Assembly (NCBI GenBank): GCA_043811375.1
Contig: JBDRNJ010000002.1
Coordinates: 1 to 28,450, forward strand
Source of the DNA: a bacterium
GTDB lineage: Bacteria > Zixibacteria > MSB-5A5 > GN15 > FEB-12
Direction of reading: 5' to 3'
DNA: 28,450 bases
Shown piece after piece: positions 1 through 6,305 of this stretch; position 1 is the first letter of the stretch, and every line of letters begins with the position of its first letter. The position numbers were made by a program, and so were the translations under genes. Below the pieces are notes generated by a model. It saw nothing but the letters and a program-made list of their open reading frames with translations. It made no database searches and was not told the origin of the DNA.

Positions 1-202
1 TCGGCGGTACCACGAATCACTGTCCAACGTGACCCCGGCAGACGTTTATCATGGGCGGGCAGCGGAGATATTGGAGCAGCGGGAACGAATCAAGACAGAA
101 ACAATCAGGAAACGGAGAGAATCATACCGAAAAGCCATTGCAATGAGGCAAAGTGTGTCTTAGCTTAAGGGGCAACGTGTCCGACTTGTTTGACGACATA
201 CA
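1..202 (+). mobile_element. Right end of an IS3-family insertion sequence (transposase tail plus right terminal inverted repeat)
   Basis: Transposase C-terminus in frame 2, followed by TGTCCGACTTGTTTGACGACATACA (178-202). The 3' ...CA end matches IS3-family termini. The left end and target duplication lie outside the window. Confidence 0.8.
2..163 (+). CDS. IS3-family transposase, C-terminal fragment (5' partial)
   Basis: Manual translation: RRYHESLSNVTPADVYHGRAAEILEQRERIKTETIRKRRESYRKAIAMRQSVS*. The R-Y-H-E-S-L-x-N-x-T-P-A-D-V-Y-x-G-R pattern is the typical end of the IS3 integrase core. Not in the ORF track. Confidence 0.85.
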   Translation, partial: RRYHESLSNVTPADVYHGRAAEILEQRERIKTETIRKRRESYRKAIAMRQSVS

Positions 203-249
203 GTGTGTGGGTGAAGTAACTAAAAATCCACTAACGAAAGGAAAACACT

Positions 250-973
250 ATGAAAAACAACAAAACAACTGATTAACAACGCTCTCACTTCATTGACCGA
301 GTCTCTTAAGAATGGCCGCACTAGTGAACTAAAGAATTATCTTCTGGCTATGGGTAAATTTCGTCAGTACAGTCTACAAAATATCATTCTCATAGCTCAT
401 CAGAAACCGAATGCGACTCATGTCGCCGGATTTCACTCTTGGAAGAAACTTGACCGATTCGTCAAAAAAGGCGAAAACGGCATCGTTATCATCGCTCCAT
501 TGGTTTACAAGAAAGAGACTGTTGAAAATAATGATAACAGTCCCAATGTCACTGAGATTAACGGTTTCGAAGCCGTTTACGTTTTTGACATCAGCCAAAC
601 CGACGGAGACGAACTGCCTGAATTCGCTCGGGTGCAAGGAGATCCGACCCGTTATCAGGAAATGCTCGGTAATTATATTTCCGCTAACGGTATTACTCTT
701 GAGTATTCGGATACCTTACACGCCGACGGCTGTTCGTCTGGAGGCAAGATCACTATCCGTTCCGGTTTGTCACCGGCTCAAGATTTCAGTGTGAAAGTCC
801 ACGAGTTGGCTCATGAGTTCTTACATCACTCCGGTGAAAAGCTGTCTAAGACTCAGAAAGAGACAGAAGATGAGGCAGTTGCTTATGTCGTCTGCCAGTC
901 CATCGGTCTGGATACCGGGACTATAGAATGGTTGCCCTGGGCGGGCCTGATCTGCTATAATACAAGCCGGTAG
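250..973 (+). pseudogene. ArdC-like antirestriction protein (ssDNA-binding N-domain plus HExxH metallopeptidase-like domain), frameshifted and 3'-truncated
   Basis: Motifs YSLQNIILI, VAGFHSWKKLDRFVKKGE, VFDISQTDG, HELAH. The RBS (AAGGA) and ATG at 250 run into TAA at 274-276, while the conserved-looking KQLINNALTSLTESL is in the next frame. After GLDTGT the sequence becomes the promoter of the next gene. Confidence 0.75.
932..961 (+). promoter_or_regulatory. sigma70-type promoter for the sigma54 activator gene
   Basis: TTGCCC (932-937), 18 nt spacer, TATAAT (956-961) with extended -10 TG (TGcTATAAT), 30 nt upstream of GTG at 992. Confidence 0.7.
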
Positions 974-991
974 CAAATCAGGTGATCAACG

Positions 992-2359
992 GTGAGTAAG
1001 AATACGAAGAATACACCACAAGACCTCAGGTTTTTCAAAGTCATACTGAGTTCAATAGCGGACGGTGTGTTCACTGTCGACAGCAAACGCATTATTACCA
1101 GCTTCAATCCTGCCGCTGAGCGTATCACCGGAATTACCGCCTCCAAGGCTATCGGCAGGCACTGTTCCGATGTTTTTCATTCGGATATATGCGAAAACTG
1201 CCTGCTGGAGCAGACGCTGAGAACCGGAGTCGAGGCCATCGACCGCCCGGTGAGCATTATCGATAGTCGTGGAGAAAAGGTCCCGGTCAGCATTTCCACG
1301 GCTGTGCTCAGAGACGACAATGGTGAGGTTCTGGGAGCTGTTGAGACTTTCCGCGATCTGTCGGCCATTGAACATCTGAGAAAGGAACTCAGCCAGAAGT
1401 ACTCCATCGAAGATATCATCTCCAAGAGCCCGAAGATACACAAGTTATTCGCCATCATGCCTGACATCGCCGAGAGCGAGAGCACAGTGCTCATACAGGG
1501 TCCATCCGGATCAGGGAAAGAGCTTTTTGCACACGCTATTCATGACCTGAGTCCGCGTCGGGCTCACAAGCTCGTTATCATCAACTGCGGCACCCTGCCG
1601 CATCAACTGTTTGAATCTGAGCTTTTCGGCTACGTTAAAGGGGCCTTTACCGACGCTAAGAAGGACAAACCCGGCCGGCTTGCCAACGCCGAAGGTGGCA
1701 CCGTGTTTTTCGACGAAATCGGCGAACTTCCCCTGCCTACTCAAGTCAAATTGCTGCGTCTGCTACAACAGCGAGAATATGAACCGGTCGGCGGGAATAC
1801 ATCCATCAGAGCCGACATCAGAATTATGGCCGCCACCAACAGAGACTTGAAGGAACTGGTGGCCCAGGGTAAGTTTCGTGATGATCTGTACTTCCGTTTG
1901 GCAGTGGTCAAGTTCGAGCTGCCGTCACTCAGCCGGCGACGAGAGGATATTCCCTATTTGGTCGACCATTTCATCGAGAAATTCAACGCCAGAAAAGGAA
2001 AACGAATTATCAGCGTCAGCCCGAGTGTAATGAGCATCCTGATGCAACACGATTTCCCCGGCAATATCCGCGAACTGGAAAACATCATCGAGTATGGTTT
2101 TGTTGTCTGCCACGGATCAATAATCCAGAAAGAACACTTGCCGGTGGAGATGTTATCCGGTGGTGAATTTCCCGAAAAACCAAAGATATCGGCAGATAAT
2201 CCTATCGCCGAATCCATAGACGAGAGAAGCCGAATTGTCTCAACTCTGCGGCGTCACGGCGGCAACATGACCCTGGCTGCTAAAGAACTTGGTATCCACC
2301 GTACAACCTTATGGCGTAAGCTCAAACGATACCAGATCACCCCCAGCAATCCACGCTAA
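992..2359 (+). CDS. sigma54-dependent transcriptional activator (PAS-AAA+-Fis HTH), OrpR-like Cys-PAS
   Basis: PAS N-terminus (IADGVFTVD...FNPAAERITG) with C-x8-C-x2-C, Walker A GPSGSGKE, ESELFGY-x2-GAFTDA, Walker B FFDEIGE, FRDDLYFRL, FPGNIREL and C-terminal HTH AAKELGIHRTTLWRKL. Confidence 0.95.
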   Translation: MSKNTKNTPQDLRFFKVILSSIADGVFTVDSKRIITSFNPAAERITGITASKAIGRHCSDVFHSDICENCLLEQTLRTGVEAIDRPVSIIDSRGEKVPVSISTAVLRDDNGEVLGAVETFRDLSAIEHLRKELSQKYSIEDIISKSPKIHKLFAIMPDIAESESTVLIQGPSGSGKELFAHAIHDLSPRRAHKLVIINCGTLPHQLFESELFGYVKGAFTDAKKDKPGRLANAEGGTVFFDEIGELPLPTQVKLLRLLQQREYEPVGGNTSIRADIRIMAATNRDLKELVAQGKFRDDLYFRLAVVKFELPSLSRRREDIPYLVDHFIEKFNARKGKRIISVSPSVMSILMQHDFPGNIRELENIIEYGFVVCHGSIIQKEHLPVEMLSGGEFPEKPKISADNPIAESIDERSRIVSTLRRHGGNMTLAAKELGIHRTTLWRKLKRYQITPSNPR

Positions 2360-2381
2360 GTATCGAATCCGGAAACATTGT

Positions 2382-2442
2382 TGTTGCATGCAACGTCGTC
2401 AATCGACCAATGCAACACTATATGTTGCACGCCGTGCAACAT
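2382..2442. promoter_or_regulatory. Cluster of TGTTGCA/TGCAACA inverted repeats (putative enhancer/UAS)
   Basis: GTTGCATGCAAC (2383-2394), TGCAACA-N5-TGTTGCA (2411-2429) and ATGTTGCAC-gcc-GTGCAACAT (2422-2442), about 90-150 bp upstream of the predicted sigma54 start site. Confidence 0.7.
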
Positions 2443-2503
2443 CGAGCGTTCTGATATCGATTAACTGTTTCAATTACACAAGCTTACGCACAACTCATCC
2501 GAT

Positions 2504-2519
2504 TGGCACGCTATATGCA
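2504..2519 (+). promoter_or_regulatory. sigma54 (-24/-12) promoter
   Basis: TGGCACG-CTAT-ATGCA matches TGGCACG-N4-TTGCW with one mismatch. It lies directly downstream of the bEBP gene and upstream of the operon. Confidence 0.9.
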
Positions 2520-2535
2520 ACATTATTGTTGCAGA

Positions 2536-3303
2536 ATGGTTAAGGTTGCAATTCCTCAGCTCGGCGATTCCGTGGCTCCTCGGTTTGAGGCTGCCAACGC
2601 TTTTGTTATCGGGACAATAGACGGCAATGATGTTGTGTCGTCGGTGACCATCTTTTGTGACGGTCCGGAGGGCTATCGGCGCATACGAATGCTCCAGATA
2701 CACCGGGTCAACGTGCTGATATGCAATGGCATCAAAGCATCCTATCTTGATATGCTGAAGGCTTCGGGAGTAACGGTAATATCCAAGGTCAGTGCGACTA
2801 TCGGTGATGCCCTTCAGCTGTTTCTGAAAGGCGAGCTGGCATCTGAGGGCGAGGACCTCAACGATCGGGCGCAGGTGTGCACGGTTCCTCACCAGGAACT
2901 GATTAATCGCGCCAGGACGGTTTTTGAGACTTACGGATACGTTGTGACCACCGGTCCCGGCGAGGATGCTTTTCTGATTGATCTGGTGGCCGAGATATCC
3001 TGTCCTGTTTGTGGGCGTCCGGTGAAGGTGGCCATCTGTTGTGGAGCTCACACTTACCGAATGGACCTGGAAATAACCGAGTTTCACCGGGCTACATCAT
3101 CCGGCTACCATGCTCGTGTTCTGGTCTGTCAGTCCAGACCTTCGATTTTGAAATACTGCCGGGAGTACGGCATTGAGTTGATAGATCCGGATCAGGCCGA
3201 GGTTGTCGGTGACAGTCCGGCCGACAATGCCATCCCGCTATTAAGGGGACCTGTTGCGGATCATGAGCAAGCTTCCGGGGGGGGCAGTGAGGATAGAGGA
3301 TAA
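2536..3303 (+). CDS. NifB/NifX-family (ORP-like) metal-cluster-binding domain fused to a Cys-rich restriction-endonuclease-like C-terminal domain
   Basis: KVAIP...VAPRFEAA...VNVLICNGI...GVTVI...DALQLFLKGEL is the NifB/NifX pattern. Start moved from 2503 to ATG 2536 because 2503 lies at the sigma54 promoter. The C-terminal half contains IDLVA, CPVC, VAICCG and YGIELID. Confidence 0.75.
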   Translation: MVKVAIPQLGDSVAPRFEAANAFVIGTIDGNDVVSSVTIFCDGPEGYRRIRMLQIHRVNVLICNGIKASYLDMLKASGVTVISKVSATIGDALQLFLKGELASEGEDLNDRAQVCTVPHQELINRARTVFETYGYVVTTGPGEDAFLIDLVAEISCPVCGRPVKVAICCGAHTYRMDLEITEFHRATSSGYHARVLVCQSRPSILKYCREYGIELIDPDQAEVVGDSPADNAIPLLRGPVADHEQASGGGSEDRG

Positions 3304-3372
3304 GGGACAATGTTTTACAGAATTGATATGTCATCCAACCGAGCAACGATAGTGGTTAGAAATGGAGCATAG

Positions 3373-4839
3373 ATGAGAACGAGCCGGATAAGTGCCAAAC
3401 AACGCGAGAAGGCTTTTGTGACAGCGAGAAAGCCGGAGGTGATCGAGAGGCAGCAACTCAACGTCCGCTATCATGTTGAGGACTTTGATGTCAATGACCG
3501 TCCCCGGCGTTTTCTCGAGGCGTTTGCAGCAATTCTGAAACATTCCAACTACCGGATGGCGCTCGATCACTACATGCGGATCAGCACCAAGTGCTCGAGA
3601 TGTGCCACGACCTGTCAGGTATTTCAGGCGACCGGTGACCTGAAAGACATCCCCTGCTATCGATCGGAACTGCTGCTGAGCGTATATCGCCGGCACTTTA
3701 CTCTCGGGGGTGTACTTCGGGGCCGCGTGTCAGGTTCCGGTTATCTGACTGATGAGAAAATCCAGGAAATGGCGGAGAGCTTCTATAACTGCACCGCCTG
3801 CAGAAGATGTTCCAACGACTGCCCGGTTGGTATCGACCACGGGCTGGTCACTCATCTCGGTCGATATATCCTGAGTGAAATCGGCATTGCTCCCAGGGCG
3901 CTGGTGGTCAGTACCCGCGAGCAACTTGAAGGGAAGACCTTCAACACTTCAGCCATTCCGGTACCGGCCCTGCTTGATACGCTGGAGTTTCTCGAAGATG
4001 ACATGAAGGAAGAAAAAAGTGTCGATATCAAATTTCCTCTCGATGTCGAAGGCAGTGAGTTTCTTTTTGTCCCGGCCGTCAGCGATTTCCTGATGGAGGC
4101 GGAATCACTTATGGGCATCGCGGCGGTGTTTACCGCCACCGGCGATTCCTGGACAACCGGCACCGGCTACTTCGACGGCATCAACTACGGTCTGTTTTAC
4201 AGTGACAGAATTCTGGAAAGGGTGGTTAAAAAGATCGACGTTGAAGCCAGGAGACTGAAGTGCAGGAAAGTGTTGATCGGGGAGTGCGGCCATGCCTCCA
4301 GATCTGCGAAGTATTTTCTGCCGACGTACTGTGGCGGCAAAGATGCCTATCCGGTTATCAATATCATGGAATACACCCATAAAGTGTGGAAAGAGGGTCG
4401 TTTGAAACTGACACCGAACGCGATTACCGAAAGAGTTGCCTATCATGATCCATGTAATATCGCACGTCAGGGCTGGATCATAGACAAGCCGCGTGAACTT
4501 CTAAAGGCGATCTGTAAAGACTATGTCGAAATGACCCCGTCCGGAATGGACAACATCTGCTGCGGCGGCGGTGGCGGGACAGTATCCATTGATGAAATAC
4601 GTGCGTACCGCACGACCATCGGCGGCAAGCTAAAGGCCGACCAGATCAGGAAATCGGGATGCAAAATACTGGTGGCTCCCTGTGCCAACTGCAAAAAACA
4701 ACTGAGAGAATTGGTGGAAGACCAGGAAATCGATTGCGAGGTGGTTGGCCTTCACGATTTGATCTATAAGGCAATCATCTTTGATGATTCTCTGAAGGTT
4801 GCTCCATCTGAGAATCAGAACGATCAGGAGGAGCAATAG
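3373..4839 (+). CDS. HmcF/TmcB/DsrK-like (HdrD family) Fe-S and CCG-domain oxidoreductase subunit
   Basis: STKCSRCATTC and CTACRRCSNDCPVGID ferredoxin motifs, GINYGLF, GECGH, and CCG domain YHDPC...CCGGGGG...APCANC. Confidence 0.9.
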   Translation: MRTSRISAKQREKAFVTARKPEVIERQQLNVRYHVEDFDVNDRPRRFLEAFAAILKHSNYRMALDHYMRISTKCSRCATTCQVFQATGDLKDIPCYRSELLLSVYRRHFTLGGVLRGRVSGSGYLTDEKIQEMAESFYNCTACRRCSNDCPVGIDHGLVTHLGRYILSEIGIAPRALVVSTREQLEGKTFNTSAIPVPALLDTLEFLEDDMKEEKSVDIKFPLDVEGSEFLFVPAVSDFLMEAESLMGIAAVFTATGDSWTTGTGYFDGINYGLFYSDRILERVVKKIDVEARRLKCRKVLIGECGHASRSAKYFLPTYCGGKDAYPVINIMEYTHKVWKEGRLKLTPNAITERVAYHDPCNIARQGWIIDKPRELLKAICKDYVEMTPSGMDNICCGGGGGTVSIDEIRAYRTTIGGKLKADQIRKSGCKILVAPCANCKKQLRELVEDQEIDCEVVGLHDLIYKAIIFDDSLKVAPSENQNDQEEQ

Positions 4840-4842
4840 ATT

Positions 4843-5547
4843 ATGGAAGTTTGGCTTGATTTTGCTCGCGGGCCGCTTTTCCGCTTCAGTCTGGCGGTAA
4901 TGCTGCTTGGCCTTCTGCGAGTTATCCTGCTCGATCTGGTTGCGGCAGTAGCAGCCTACAACCGGGCTGGTGACAAAACATTACCCTGGAAGTTGATTGT
5001 CCGTCGCACCGCGCGGTGGTTTTTCCCGGCCAACCGGGTTTTCACCAATCGACCGGTGTACAGCCTGTTTTCGATCCTCTTCCATGTCGGCCTGCTGCTG
5101 GTGCCGATACTCCTTTTTGCTCATATCGAACTATGGCGCGACGTGTTGGGTTTTGGCTGGCCGGCGTTGCCCAAATTCTGGGCGGACTGGCTCACGATCA
5201 GTACGATTGTTTTCGCCCTGGCTCTCGTGATCAGCCGTATCTCCAGCCGGGCTTCAAGATTTCTGAGCCGCAGGCAGGATTATCTCTGGCCGCTGATTCT
5301 CCTGATTCCTTTCACAACCGGATATATCTGCGCCAATCTGAGTGTGACCCCGACGGTATATCAGTTGTCAATGCTCATACACATGCTCTCGGCAGAGTTG
5401 ATATTCGTGTTGCTGCCGTTTACGAAGATTGCCCATTGTGTATTGGTGCCGTTATCGCAGTTGATTTCAAACCTGGCCTGGAAATTCCCCGCCGAAACTG
5501 ATGATGACGTGTGCACGACCCTGAACAAGAAAGGAGCACCGGTATGA
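4843..5547 (+). CDS. HmcE/TmcC/DsrM-like (NarI family) cytochrome b membrane subunit
   Basis: About 5 hydrophobic segments, with heme-b His pairs FHVGLLLVPILLFAH and IHMLSAELIFVLLPFTKIAH. Confidence 0.88.
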   Translation: MEVWLDFARGPLFRFSLAVMLLGLLRVILLDLVAAVAAYNRAGDKTLPWKLIVRRTARWFFPANRVFTNRPVYSLFSILFHVGLLLVPILLFAHIELWRDVLGFGWPALPKFWADWLTISTIVFALALVISRISSRASRFLSRRQDYLWPLILLIPFTTGYICANLSVTPTVYQLSMLIHMLSAELIFVLLPFTKIAHCVLVPLSQLISNLAWKFPAETDDDVCTTLNKKGAPV

Positions 5548-6302
5548 GCGCCGCTATTCTGACCGACGTCACCAGGTGCATCGGTTGCCTGGAATGCGTG
5601 GCGGCTTGCAAAGTGACGAATAAGTTAGCTGATGATGTACCTCGGAGGTGGCATAATAACGACGGTCTGTCGGCCAGAAACTGGACATCGATCCTGCTGA
5701 AACCAGACAAGCATTTCGTGCGCAAGCAGTGTCGCCATTGTCTGGAACCGGCCTGTGTTTCGGTTTGTCCGGTGGGTGCGCTGCACCAGACGGATGAGGG
5801 TGTGGTGGTTTACGATAGCGGTAAGTGTCTGGGTTGTCGTTACTGCATGATGGCCTGTCCCTACGGTATACCGCGATATGACTGGGACGAACCGGTGCCG
5901 TATGTTCGCAAGTGCATTATGTGCTACGACAAGATTCTCAAAGGGGAGCAGCCCGGCTGCACGGCCGCCTGTCCTACCAAAGCCACCATCTTCGGAGAGC
6001 GCCAGGAACTGATTGCGGAGGCTCACCGCCGGATAAAGGACAATCCCGGCGTGTACATCGACCGGGTCTGGGGCGAGCATGAGTTCGGTGGTACCTCGGT
6101 GCTGTATCTGTCGGACATTGATCTGAGCTTCCTTACATACGGTTCCAGGGCGGGTTCCCGACCGTTGCCGAAAACAACCGATCTGGCCATGAAATCGGTG
6201 CCGTACGCATTTGTCGGCATGGGTGGCGCCATGTACGGACTCAACTGGATCATCAAACGCCGCATGAAACTGAGCGACAACCCTGAGGGAGACAAGGACT
6301 GA
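5544..6302 (+). CDS. HmcB/HybA/NrfC-like 4x[4Fe-4S] protein with C-terminal membrane anchor
   Basis: CIGCLECVAAC, CRHCLEPACVSVCP, CLGCRYCMMACP, KCIMC...CTAACP, and a C-terminal TM helix followed by KRR. The start at 5544 has an AAGGAG RBS and an ATGA overlap with the upstream stop. Confidence 0.92.
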   Translation: MSAAILTDVTRCIGCLECVAACKVTNKLADDVPRRWHNNDGLSARNWTSILLKPDKHFVRKQCRHCLEPACVSVCPVGALHQTDEGVVVYDSGKCLGCRYCMMACPYGIPRYDWDEPVPYVRKCIMCYDKILKGEQPGCTAACPTKATIFGERQELIAEAHRRIKDNPGVYIDRVWGEHEFGGTSVLYLSDIDLSFLTYGSRAGSRPLPKTTDLAMKSVPYAFVGMGGAMYGLNWIIKRRMKLSDNPEGDKD

Positions 6303-6305
6303 CCT

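Noticed and set aside
2382..2533. TGCAACA repeats as a CRISPR array or transposon ends
   Set aside because: They are 7-bp inverted half-sites without spacers or cas genes, and fit transcription-factor sites better.
2503..2535. ORF-track N-terminal extension MARYMQHYCCR
   Set aside because: It overlaps the sigma54 promoter, and the NifX-like homology starts at MVKVAIP (2536).
5511..5543. Upstream start for the Fe-S subunit (similarly 10069 and 10607 for the receivers)
   Set aside because: These starts overlap the upstream genes, better RBS-linked ATGs exist downstream, and the extension is not a Tat signal.
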